NCBI RefSeq assembly: GCF_963921235.1
Contig: NC_086097.1
Span: 200,076,001 to 200,140,000 of the forward strand
From: Mobula hypostoma
Lineage: Eukaryota
Direction: 5' to 3'
Length of the DNA stretch: 64,000 bases
Below, one piece after another: positions 40,137-52,842 of the stretch (the first letter of the stretch is position 1; every line of letters starts with the position of its first letter). The notes under the pieces were generated by a model, which was given only the letters and a program-made list of their open reading frames with translations, was not told the DNA's origin and searched no databases. Position numbers and translations under genes: made by a program.

Positions 40137-42052
40137 GGTAGTACCCAAAGTCAAGATTGAACAGGTCTCTAGCACTGTGAGGCACCACCTCTACTAGCTG
40201 GGTCACCCTTTAGATTCATATTCCTGGAACATTAGGACCATATCTGTGGTAGAAGATAAATGGGCTGCACCTTCATAGGAATGTAACCCTGGGGAAATTG
40301 ACTTGATGGTTTGGTGATTGTTTCATTTTTTAGGGAACAAATACCAAATTTAATACTTGGAAAGGGGGATAAAGTGCACAGAGGACTGGAAGCGGTAAGC
40401 AGCATTAGAAGAAGAAGAAATATAATATTAGCTGAGTGGAAATTAAGAGATTACAAGAAAGAGAATTAGAGTGTATTTGTGCAAAAGCACAAAGTGTAGC
40501 AGACTGTTTGGTGAGTTGCAAATGCAAATGAGAACCTGTTGCGGTTTTTAATGAGAAATGTTTCAACACGAAGGGAGGATTAGGTATTAAGAATTACTGA
40601 CTACAAAGTATTGGCTGAGAGTGTGGGCTCCATGATTAATTAGGAAACATTATAGTTTGGAGGAGAGGGAATGTAAGAAACTGAATCAGAGTAGGCTATT
40701 CAGCCCCATGGCCGCTCTTTTACCCCAATGCCACCTTCCTGCACTAAACCTCTATCTCTTGATTCCCTTAATATCTAAAAATATATTGATCTCATGGTGT
40801 GAGCCTCTACACTTTCCAAAGATTCACTACTGTTCAGGTGCAGACATTTCTCGTTGTTTCTGTCCTCCCATTTACTATTGAGTGGACTTCTTGTACGATA
40901 AAATGGACTCTTGACGGCATAATCTACCTCATCATGGCCTTAAACTTCATTGTCTGTCTGTACCACACTTCCCCTGTAACACTAATTGCTGCATTCATTT
41001 ATTGCTTTTCCTTGTTCTATGTTGACATACTAATGTTATTATAAATGGCATGCAAAACAACATATTTACTGTACTTCAATACATGTGACAAATATAAACC
41101 AATTCTTGTTTTGATCATATCAGCCCTCAGTCATGACAGTCCATCCAGGGGAAACATCATCTCAGCTTCTCCTTCCATAACACTCATTCCTCTAAAGAAA
41201 AGATTGTATAAACTCATTCTCAGAGTCTGCGAAATCTGTATAATCTCCTCAAAGAACATAGTGTTTCTCTTGCATGCTAAATCACAGGTTATTGGGAAGA
41301 AGATACCAGTAAAATTTGAAGAAAAATTAGAGAAAACAATACTTAATGAGGGTTTGAACTATACCCTTATTAACTGGGATAGTATCAGAGTAAGGAACTT
41401 CTGTGTTCAGAAAATCTGTCTTCATTTGTATTTTCCTAATCCAATAAGCGAGGAGGAATTGTTGAATCAGGCTCTGGGTTACAGTGTGAACCAAACATCA
41501 GGGGGCAGCACGTTACAAGATTTAGATTAAAAAGGGTAAATTGCAGGACCAATTCTGACTTGAACTTCTTAACAGGAAGGCCAGCTTCAGTAACTTCACA
41601 GGGATTAAACTGAATCAATGGTTGGTAGATTATAAATTATAAGTAAACAATGGGGGTCCTAGAATGAGGAGAAGGGCCAGGTATATTCTTAATATTTGGG
41701 TACGTACATGGAGAGGAGGGGCTTGGAGGATCATGGGCCGAATGTGAGCAACTGGGACTAATGGGGGGGGGGGAATAATTGGGCAGCACAGATTTGTTGC
41801 GTCAAACGCCCTGTTTCCAAGCTGCCCTACTCTACGACCCTATGACATATCCACTGGAGGGAAAGGCAGGGCAACAATGTGGAGCTCTCTGAGATGATGA
41901 AAGAGACAATGTTGAAGCAGAAAACAGAGCGTATGACACATTAGATAGATATGAAAAAGGGCCACCATTTCCTACTGCCAAAGGACACACATTTGAAGTG
42001 ACTGGTGATATGAAGAAAGTTTTTTTTTAAACCCAGTGAGTTGTTATGATCT

Positions 42053-42670
42053 GGAGTGCTTTGCTGAACACCTACACTCTGTCCGCCAGAGAAAGCAGGA
42101 TCTCCCAGTGGCCACACATTTTAATTCCACATCCCATTCCCATTCTGAAATGTCTATCCACGGCCTCCTCTACTGTAAAGATGAAGCCACACTCAGGTTG
42201 GAGGAACAACACCTTATATTCCGTCTGGGTAGCCTCCAACCTGATGGCATGAACATCGACTTCTCTAACTTCCGCTAATGCCCCACCTCCCCCTCGTACC
42301 CCATCCGTTGTTTATTTTTATCCACGCATTCTTTCTCTCACTCTCCTTTTTCTCCCTCTGTCCCTCTGACTATACCCCTTGCCCATCCTCTGGGTCCCCC
42401 CCGCTTTGTCTTTCTCCCCGGACCTCTTGTCCCATGATCCTCTCATATCCCCTTTGCCAATCACCTGTCCAGCTCTTGGCTCCATCCCTCTCCCTCCTGT
42501 CTTCTCCTATCAATTTGGATCTCCCCCTCCCCTCCCACTTTCAAATCTCTTACTAGCTCTTCCTTCAGTTAGTCCTGACGAAGGGTCTCGGCCTGAAACA
42601 TCGACTGTACCTCTTCCTAGAGATGCTGCCTGGCCTGCTGCGTTCACCAGCAACTTTGATGTGTGTTGCT
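42053..42670 (+). mobile_element. Penelope-like element 3' fragment (GIY-YIG C-terminus plus pseudo-LTR)
   Basis: FAEHLHSVRQRKQDLPVATHFNSTSHS...LEEQHLIFRLGSLQPDGMNIDFSNFR*, then a pyrimidine tract and the conserved tail. Confidence 0.85.
42571..42606 (+). ncRNA. Minimal type I hammerhead ribozyme-like motif (Penelope-associated)
   Basis: agtc-CTGACGA-agggtctcggcct-GAAA-catc-gact: stem I agtc/gact, core boxes CUGANGA and GAAA, short stem II. Confidence 0.6.
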
Positions 42671-43654
42671 TTACCTAATTCTAATTTAAAACCCAAACAC
42701 TGTTGATTGGAGATGTGCTTGGACTGGGTGAAAGCAAGTACTACTCATCTTGAGCTGGAATAAGGATGTGTGGGAAGTGGGGGCAATCAGGGAAGAAATC
42801 TTTTGGACTATGCAAAATTTAACAAGTTGTTTTCTTTAAGTATTTGGTCCACGTAGGTGTCTCCATTACTGTTGCATACCTTGTAGCAGTTTACGTTAAG
42901 TGCATTTGTCACAGATAAATACAAATGGAAAAGTCTGAAGACCCAGGCACACCTCATTCTTGATGTTAATGTCCCTTAGAATTGCTATTGCTTTGAGAGG
43001 TGCCTGTGGCCTAAAACTTAGAAATTGTAACTGGTAAACTGGTTTTATAACTTGTACTAAGAGCTCTTTTCCTCATGATTATTGCATGCAGTGAGCTTCC
43101 TGGATATATCTCAGTGAAGAAATTAATTTGGCTTTAATGCTGCTGTTGACTTTTTCTGCACCTTAGTCTGGCAGGTTGTGGAACCTTGCTTGATCTCTCC
43201 AACCTGGAAGAGAACATAATTGAACATGGTCGTGTGCAGGTGTATAGGTAAGGTGACTGACGATTATGTGGCTCAAAAATGCTTTTGATATTTCTCCATG
43301 GAGAAAGTGCAGAGGCTTTATTTCTCAGGTGAATGATATTAATCATACACTTGTGAAAAGCTACAAACTTTAGATTGCTCAGCAAAGTCACAGAAATAAT
43401 TACCCCAGGAACAACAATGAACCCATGATAGAACAACCACATGGTCATGAAAAACAGTTGCAACAAAGGTCTCTCTCCCAGGCAAGGAACGAGTACAATT
43501 CAACAACTTTACAATGTTTAAAAGACATTTGGAAAGCTATTTGAATGGGAAAGACATAGAGAGATACAGGCCCAATGCTGACAAATACAGTAGGTATCAC
43601 AGTCAATATGGACAAGGTGGGCAAATGGGGCCCATTTCTGACCTGTATAATTCA

Positions 43655-44532
43655 ATAGAACCATAGAACCACAGAACACTGCAGCACAGAAAACAGGCCA
43701 TTTGGCCCTTCTAGTCTGTGCTAAAACATTATTCCGCTAGGTCCATTGACCTGCATCCAGTCCATAACCCTCCAGACCTCTCCCATCCATGTACCTATCC
43801 AATTTATTCTTAAAACTTCAGAGTGAGCCCGCATTTACCACGTCAGATGGCAGCTCACTTCACACTCCCACCACTCTCTGAGTGAAGAAGTTCCCCCTAA
43901 TTTCCCCCCTAAACCTTTCCCCTTTCACCCTAAAGCCATGTCCTCTCGTATTTATCTCTCCTAATCTAAGTGGAAAGAGCCTATTCACATTTATTCTGTC
44001 TATACCCCTCATAATTTTGTAAACCGCTATCAAATCTCCCCTCATTCTTCTACGCTCCAAGGAATAAAGTCCTAACCTGTTCAATCTTTCTCTGTAACTC
44101 AACTCCTGAAGACCCGGCAACATCCTAGTAAATCTTTTCTTCACTCTTTCAATCTTACTGATATCCTTCCTATAGTTAGGTGATCAGAACTGTACACAGT
44201 ACTCCAAATTTGGCCTCACCAATGTCTTATACAACCTCCCCATAACATCCCAACCACATACTCAATACTTTGATTTATGAATACCAGGATGCCAAAAGCC
44301 TTCTTTACAACTCTGTCTACCTGTGACACCACTTTCAGGGAATTATGTATCTGAACTCCCAGATCCCTTTGTTCCTCTGCACTCCTCAGTGCCCTACCAT
44401 TTACTGTGTATGTCCTACCTTGATCTGTTCTTCCAAAATGCAACACCTCACACTTGTCTGCATTAAATTCCATCTGCCATTTTCTGGTCCATTTTTCCAG
44501 TTGGTCCAGATCCCTCTGCAATCTTTGAAAGC
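43655..44532 (-). mobile_element. CR1 LINE 3' fragment
   Basis: QRDLDQLEKW..FNADKCEVLHFG; LGLYSLERRRMRGDLI; (atagaacc)n tail. Confidence 0.92.
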
Positions 44533-44579
44533 CTAATGATATTAAGTTGTCTAGCAGAAGAATTTTATTTTTTAGTTTT

Positions 44580-44820
44580 ATTTTGATTTTGAGCTACAGC
44601 ATGGTAACAGGCCTTTCTGATCCAGGAAGCCCACACCAACCAATTGCATCCATGTGGCTAATTGACCTTCCAACCTGTGCATTGTTGAAATGTGGGTGGA
44701 TCCGGAGCACCCAGAGGAGAGCCACAGGAAGGACGTACACATTCCTTACAGACAGCAGTGGAACTGAACCCAGATTCCTGGTGCTGCAATAGCATTATGC
44801 TAACCACTACAATACTGTGC
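44580..44820 (-). mobile_element. V-SINE/HE1-like SINE, decayed
   Basis: Reverse-complement tRNA-like head (gcacagtattgtagtggttagc...ctgggttcagttcc) and body. Confidence 0.55.
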
Positions 44821-44926
44821 AGCCCCTATACAAGATGATCAGCAGGACCAAAACAAAGTTAACTGAAGCATGGAGAAGAGTGCAAGCAACTCCCAACAGG
44901 TGCTATTCAGAAACAATGAGCAGAAC

Positions 44927-46646
44927 CATATAACCATATAACAATTACAGCACGGAAACAGGCCATCTCGGCCCTTCTAGTCCACGACAAACTCTTACTC
45001 TCACCTAGTCCCACCGACCTGCACTCAGCCCATAACCCTCCATACCTTTCCTGTCCATATAGCTGTCCAATTTAACTTTAAATGACGACATCAAACCTGC
45101 TTCAACCACTTCTGCTGGAAGCTCGTTCCACACAGCCACCACTCTCTGAGTAAAGAAGATCTCCCTCATGTTACCCCTGAACTTTTGCTCTTTAACTCTC
45201 AACTCATGTCCTCTTGTTTGAATCTTCCCCACTCTCAATGGAAAAAGCCTATCCACGTCAATTCTATCTATCCCTCTCATAATTTTAAATACCTCTATCA
45301 AGTCCCCCCTCAACCTTCTATGTTCCGAAGAATAAAGACCCAACTTGTTCAACCTTTCTCTGTAACTTAGGAGATGAAACCCAGGTAACATTCTAGTAAA
45401 TCTTCTCTTTACTCTCTCTATTTTGTTGACATCTTTCCTATAATTCGGTAACCAGAACTGTACACAATACTCCAAATTTGGCCTTACCAATGCCTTGTAC
45501 AATTTCAACATTACATCCCAACTCCTATACTCAATGCTCTGATTTATAAAGGCCAGCATACCAAACGCTTTCTTCACCACCCTATCCACATGAGATTCCA
45601 CCTTCAGGGAACGATGCACCATTATTCCTAGATCCCTCTGTTCTACTGCATTCTTCAATGCCCTACCATTTACCATGTATGTCCTATTTTGATTAGTCCT
45701 ACCAAAATGTAGCACCTCACATTTATCAGCCATCTGCCATCTTTTAGCCCACTCTTCTAACTGGTCTAAGTCTCTCTGCAAGCTTTGAAAACCTACTTCA
45801 TTATCCACAACTCCACCTATCTTAGTATCATCTGCATACTTACTCATCCAATTTACCACCCCATCATCCAGATCGTTAATGTATATGACAAACAACATTG
45901 GACCCAGTACAGATCCCTGAGGCACACCACTAGTCACCGGCCTCCAATCTGACACACAGTTATCCACCACTACTCTCTGGCGTCTCCCATCCTGCCACTG
46001 CTGAATCCATTTTACTACTTCAATATTAACACCTAACGATTGAACCTTCCTAGCTAACCTTCCATGTGGAAACTTGTCAAAGGCCTTACTGAAGTCCATA
46101 TAGACAACATCCACCGCTTTACCCTCGTCAACTTTCCTTGTAACCTCTTCAAAAAATTCAATAAGATTTGTCAAACATGACCTTCCACGCACAAATCCAT
46201 GTTGACTGTTCCTAATCAGATCCTGTCTATCCAGATAATTATATATATCATCTCTAAGAATACTTCCCATCAAATTACCCACCACTGACGTCAAACTCAC
46301 AGGCCGATAATTGCTAGGTTTACTCTTAGAACCCTTTTTAAACAATGGAATAACATGAGCAATATGCCAATCCTCCGGCACCATCCCCGTTTCTAATGAC
46401 ATTTGAAATATTTCTGTCAGAGCCCCTGCTATTTCCACACTAACTTCCCTCAAGGTCCTAGGGAATATCCTGTCAGGACCTGGAGACTTATCCACTTTTA
46501 TATTCCTTAAAAGCACCAGTACTTCCTCTTCTGTAATCATCATAGTTTTCATAACTTCCCTACCTGTTTGCCCTTATCTTACACAATTCAATATCCTTCT
46601 CCTTCGTGAATACCGAAGAAAAGAAATTGTTCAGAATCTTCCCCAT
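44927..46646 (-). mobile_element. Young 5'-truncated CR1 LINE with an uninterrupted 515-aa RT frame (45005-46552)
   Basis: [38 protein letters not shown]; (accatata)n tail; candidate TSD cagaac at 44921-44926 and 46647-46652. Confidence 0.95.
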
Positions 46647-46761
46647 CAGAACAAGAAACAAGATGGATAAAATACTGCCTGTACTTTGACATCCATTCGA
46701 TAGGATTTAAATATTGATTTTAATTTCTTTTACAACTTAACAGCTTCCCAGCGCTTCATCA

Positions 46762-46881
<120 letters not shown>

Positions 46882-47794
46882 TTATCAGATGCTGCAAGGA
46901 GAAAAGGAATTTTCTTTTAGAAAGAAACATACTATTTACCGAATTCATGAAAATAGTGAAACTGTATGGACAAAATCTGCAATATTCATCCAATGGTTTA
47001 GCAACAATTGTAATTACAAAATTAATTGTGCAGTAATCAACATCGTTGTATTAAAATACTGTAATGTTAATTAATAATTATCAGTTCAAATACTCCATAT
47101 TTTGGGTGTAGATTATCCCCATGGCAGGGAGTTGCAACCTAAAGAAGCAGGTCAGGATATTACCTACCCTTTTCCACTATGCAGTCACTATGCAACTCAT
47201 CTGAGCCTCAACACCATTTGCCCAATACTAAATTCAAAGAACAGAAGTCCATTTAGCTCTGTCTTAAATTTCAATTCATCCAAGCTCCATATCTTTGCTG
47301 GTGGTGGCGGATTTGAGCGTGGGAAGGCTTTAGATTTTCAGTTTCTGCATCTTAATTTCACTCCTGAGTCAGTTGTAAAATAACATCATGTTCTTATTCT
47401 TCCACCAGGGGAAATTGCACTTTGTTATCTTTCTGATTGAATCACTTCAGTCAGATCATTCCTTAGTTCTAAAGTCAAGGTGATTACATATCCCCTCTGA
47501 ATTATCTATTTACATAACATTTCATTTTGACGAATCTGCATTGCACCTAACTTGCAACGAAAGGAAGAAATAGTGCAAAAGTAAAACCTTTACATTCTTG
47601 GTTGGTACATTTAATAGTGTAAACTTAAAAAACACAAACATAACACCATTGCCACTTTAACTAGCTCTCTGTTGTGATATACACTTTCAATGTTTGAGAG
47701 GCCTCCCCCCACCCACCTGTTCCTCTCCACGTTCAATAGCAGAAGGAATCTTTTCTGTGGTTGTCATTCTGAGGACACGATAGTCCCCACTGAA

Positions 47795-49260
47795 GGTTCA
47801 GCAGTGTAGAAAGGTTGAGCAACTTCTGGTTCCTGGGCCTCAACAACCAGAGGATCCATTCTGGACTGAACCTATTGATGCAATCATGAAGAAGGCAAGT
47901 AATTGGGTATAGTTCATTAGGAGTTTGAGGGAATTTGGTATGTCACCAAAGACTAGCAATTTTTTACAGATGTACCATGGAGAGCATTCTGACTGGGTGC
48001 ATTACTGCCTGGTACTGTTTGGAGTTTTCAATGCATAGGATTGAAAGAGGCTGCAAAAGGTTTCAGATTCATCCAGCTCCACCGTGGGCACAAGCCTCCC
48101 CACCACTGAGGACATCTTCAGAAGTCAGTTCCTCAAGAAGGCAGCATCCATCATTAACGACCCCCATCCAGGACATGCCCTCTCCTTATTACTACCATCA
48201 GCAACAAGGTACCTGGAGACACACACTCAAACTTTCAGGAACAGCTTCTTCCCCTCCACTATTATTAAGAGGGTGGAGTTTAAGAGGACGATGGCTCCCA
48301 ACGGCGACTCCTTCACTTGCATCTTCGGTAAGAGCTCTATTTCTATCTTTGATATTTCTTTTTTTCCTTTTCAAGATTCTTTTGAAGACCCTGACCGGGA
48401 GTCAGACGCTGACTTTGGTTCTTTGCGGAAATGGGACCCAATGTCGGCGCCTCATGGCCGGCCGCTTTTCGATAAGCCGAGTATGTAGCCTGGAAGACTA
48501 GCACACCTTCAGGGTGCTGGATTTTTGTGGCTCTGGAGGCAGGCGGATTCAAAGCCAGTGACACCACTGCCTGATGCATTGTGGGAGACGGAAGATCGTA
48601 AGCAGCGAGCTGCTGATGGCTGTGTGCCCAGAGGCCCAAGTTCTTTGGGCACAGAGCTTGTAAGAAGCGACACAACAGACTTTTAACAGCATAAATGAGC
48701 GAGTTGTTTTGTTATGTCTCCCCTTTTGCTGTGAAATGGGGACATCTCTTTCCCTTATTAGGGAGAGAGAAAGCCTGTGGTATGTCAAATATCGGGTGAA
48801 TGAGTAGTCTTTGGGGTACTGCAAGTCTGTGTCTTTATTGAAGTTGCACGCTTGAGTGCTTGGTGGGGGGTGCCAATGCTCTTTTGCTGGTGGGGAAGAG
48901 GGGGGTCATTGTTTTGCTGTCACTTATGTGTGCGAGGGGGGAGCTGGAGGGGCTTTGGGGTTCTAACATTTAACTGTCATTCATTCTTTGGGGCACTCCT
49001 CTGTTTTCGTGGATGTCTGTGAAGAAGAAGGATTTCAGGATGTATATTGTATACGTTTCTCTGACATTAAATGTACCTATTGAAACCTATTGAAACCATC
49101 AGAGTTCTGAATGGTCCATGAACCCATAAGCGCTATCTCACTGTTCCTCTTTTGCACATTTTTAATTGTAACTTATAGCAATTTGCTTTTATGTCTTGCC
49201 ATAAAGCAACAGATTTCACAACGTGCTGCTTGTCAGTGATAGTAACCTGAGTGTGATTCC
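47795..49260 (+). mobile_element. Rex1-type LINE 3' fragment split by an insertion at ~48266-49095
   Basis: FYRCTMESILTGCITAWY; KKAASIINDPHPGHAL..FRNSFFP; sequence resumes at ~49096 and ends in a tgattc-like tail. Confidence 0.75.
48266..49095 (+). mobile_element. Unclassified non-autonomous retroposon
   Basis: CpG-retaining ~830-bp insert with no convincing ORF, ending in an (acctattgaa)n tail; interrupts the Rex1 fragment. Confidence 0.6.
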
Positions 49261-50729
49261 TCACAGAGCCTTGGCATTGGCTCCACCAAGCTTCAGAGCA
49301 TTCTCCAACACGTACTACCACACCCTGGATGAGGCAGACTGCAGCTTGCTGTGCTGGAAGACCAGAAACCTCTGAGTAGATCAAAGGCTGTCCTTCATTG
49401 ACGGTGACCTTCTCACAGCACTTGATGTCTGTCTCGGTTTGTAATTCCCCAGTAACAGCCTGTAGATCAGAAAGTTCTCTGTTATGCAGCTGCTGGGGTT
49501 GATCCAGAACATGGATTCTTGCATCTGTCTCACACCCTCTTAGCAAATCCAGAGTCTGCAAAAAATTAGATGACTGTAGCTTCTATACCAAAGCCACCCC
49601 AACAGCAACATACATTGGAGTCAAGATGTCACCTGTAGAGGACAGCTCTGAGCACCTCTCACTAGCAGCTAAGTGAGAACCAAAGCATCTTTGTTACATT
49701 ATGGCTAGCAAAGCTGAGCACAGTATCACAAGTGGGTTCTGACCAAAGCTTTTGAGAACTGAAGTGTGACTTCCTTCTTTTATATGCAACATGCCATGAG
49801 GTAAAGAACAACATCTTGGTTTTTTGAATGATCTTACAGCCTTTGAATAATTTGTTCATTTGGGGGCTTCTTTGTCTTTCTAAACTTCCTTGTATCTTCC
49901 CACATTAGGAATTAGGAAACAACACTTTGTTTGGCCCTTCTTCAGTTCATGATGAATGACCTCTTGACACCACATTAAACAACAGTCTGCAAAAGATGCT
50001 AATGATCCTTTCCAGCATCCTGCTCCTATTTTCACTGTGTACTGGCCATCCTAATTTGTCAATACAGTAAACCAATAGGAAATGCAAAGCTCATATAAAT
50101 ATACGTATTCAATAAAAATAATGCAGTTTTACTAAAAAAAAATCCCTTCAATCAGAAACACATCTTTTGTCCTATTATTGGATGGCACTCTCTACCATAA
50201 CAGTGTCATTTTCTAATTTCCAAGACAAGCCATAGTAAATTACACTTAGTGCTCATTGTAGCCAAATTCTCAGCAATTTTGCACTGTGAAACCCACAGAA
50301 AGCTTTATTCAACTGACTCAATGGCTCCTTTCATTTCCAACAATCTTTTCCAAATATATGTTTCCTTCACAAGAAGTGCTGCACTGTGCAACATATCAAT
50401 TGAAGATGATGCTAACATGGTTTCCCAGCAACATAATTAACCTTTAACACACAACTGCCACACAATCAATACAAGCTGTAAATGCAGCATCAAGCAGCCA
50501 CATAACAGTCATCTCATCCTGCTTCCTTGAGAAAAAATGTATGAATTTACCTTTAGTCAGGTACGACTTTTCACGGTTCTTGTAAAATAACAACATTGGC
50601 ACAAACATTTTATAAATACAGACCTGTTATTACATTTAATTAAGCTTTTAAATAATATCCAACTTTTAGTTAATACCACTCTTTTACACTGTAATTAATA
50701 TTTTTACATTCATCATGTTATTTCGATCT

Positions 50730-52410
50730 TCAGCAGTTTTTTTAAGGTCGAGGATGACTATGACTCCAATTTTGTGGTTCTGAGGTAATTTTCTTACCAC
50801 TGATGTAAGGCTCATTGGCCTGTATATCTTTTAGTGTTTCTACTACCCTTCTCTGTCAAGGCTCAGCAATCTCCTCTTTTAGCTCTCTTAATAACCTGGG
50901 ATAGATCTCCATCAATCCTTGGAGATTTATCCACCCTAAATTTCTTCACAAGACCCAATAATTCTCTCTTGACAATAACATGCCCTAGGTTATCAGCATA
51001 CCCTTCCTAAACTCGCCATCCAACATGCTATTCTCCTATATGAAAGTACTCATTGCCGATTTCCTCTGGTTTCAGGTACATATTTCCTCCTTTGTTCTTG
51101 AGTGGTCCTATCATCTCCCTTTTGTTTCTAATGTATGTACAATATGACTTTAGATTCTCTTCAGTCCTACTCATCAATGGGCCCCTTTTCGCCTCACTAA
51201 TTCCATGTTTAAATTCCTTACTTCTTCATCTATATTTATCAACAACCTTGTCCAACTTCAGCTTCCTAAACCTTACACTTTTTGACTAAATTTACAACCT
51301 CACATTATCCAAATTCCTGAACCTTGCCATCTTTTCCTTTCTTCCTCATAGGAACATGTTGGCCCTGAATTCTAACCAGCTAAATTTAAATGAAACTCCC
51401 ACATGTCAGCTATGGACTTACCCAACAACAATCCACTTTCCCCAGCTTCTGCCTAATATACTTGCAATTAGCTTTTCCCCAATTTGGCATATTACCCTGA
51501 GTTCCAGTCTCATTCTTACACATAATTATCTGATTATTATCACTGTTCCCAAAACGCTCTCTCATCAATGCTCCTATCACCTTGCCAGGATCATTTCCTA
51601 ATACAAAGCCTCATATGGCCCTTTCCCTGGTTGGATATGATATACAAACAGAAAACCTCCTGGCTGCATGTAACACATTCTGCCCCATCTAACCCTCTGG
51701 CACTAAGGGAGTTCTATCAATATTCAGGAAATCAAAGTCACCTACTGTAACTTCCCTTCTGCTTTTACATACATCTTTCCATATTGTGGCTCCATATCTG
51801 TTCTTCTGTTTCCAAGTGACCGCAGGGAGATCCACAGTATAACCCCATGCACTGGACATTTGGAAGTCCACAGTGATTTTGCCTTTCACATTCCTGAGCT
51901 CTATCCATATTGTCTCACAAAAGATGTTGCTGTGACTTCCTCTGTACAACTCCCCCACCACATTCATCTCTCTTACGTTTGAAACATCTTAATCATGGAA
52001 TGCTGAACAGCCAGTTCTTCCCTTCTCTCTGTAATTTCATGTGCCAATCCAGATCCCCAGTTCACCTGCTTTGCCAGTAATTCTTACATTCAAATAAATA
52101 CACGTCATAGGCTGCACTGCATTCGTTAAGCTAGCCCTGTCTGTTCTCCTTCGGCCTTACAACCTAAACTTTTATCTCAAGTCCAGCACCTGCTGACCAA
52201 GCAGTCTGGTTTCCAACTGTCTGCCATGATAGTTTAAACTCTCCAGAGTAGCACTAAGACACTTCTGTGTTAGAAAATTGATGCCCCCCCCCACCAGACT
52301 AGGCGCAACCCATCCTTGTGTGAGTCTCATTTGCCCGGTAAAAGAACCTAGTGACCCATGTACCTGAAGCTCTCCCTCCTGCCCCAGGTCCCTAGCCATG
52401 CATTAGCTGT
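50730..52410 (-). mobile_element. Old, heavily decayed CR1 (APE region)
   Basis: ETIWIELRNVKGKIT, VTVGDFDF and CR1-like linker sequence. Confidence 0.6.
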
Positions 52411-52414
52411 ACAC

Positions 52415-52842
52415 TATGTTGAATGTGGGAATAAAAGCTTCCTTGTCTGGTTGGCTGCCAGTGTCTAGTGGTGTTCTGCAGGGGTCGGTGTTGGTTCCAC
52501 TTCTTTTTATGCTGTTTATCAATGATTTAGATGTTGGAATAGATGACTTTGTTGCCAAGTTTGCAGATGATACGAAGATTGGTGGAGGAGCAGGTAGCGT
52601 TGAAGAAACAGGTAGGATGCAGAAGGATTTAGACTGATTAGGAGAATGGGCAAGAAAGTGGCAAATGAAATACAATGTTGGAAAATGCATGGTCAAGCAC
52701 TTTGATAAGTGTGGAGTATTTTCTTAACGGGGAGGAAATCCAAAAATCTGAGATGCAAAGGGACTTGCGAGTCCTTGTGCAGAACACCCTAAAGATTAAC
52801 TTGTAGGCTGAGTTGGTGGTGAGGAAGGCAAATGCCATGTTA
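52415..52842 (+). mobile_element. CR1 RT fragment (outer host of the nested cluster)
   Basis: GWLPVSSGVLQGSVLVP..FADDTKIGG; the 3' remainder appears at ~58578-58958. Confidence 0.8.

Noticed and set aside
41045..41530. 161-aa plus-strand ORF
   Set aside because: No motif; runs across decayed repeat tails; antisense to the host gene.
45005..46552. 515-aa ORF as a host gene or retron-like RT system
   Set aside because: Ordinary CR1 ORF2 fragment with tail, TSD and sister copies.
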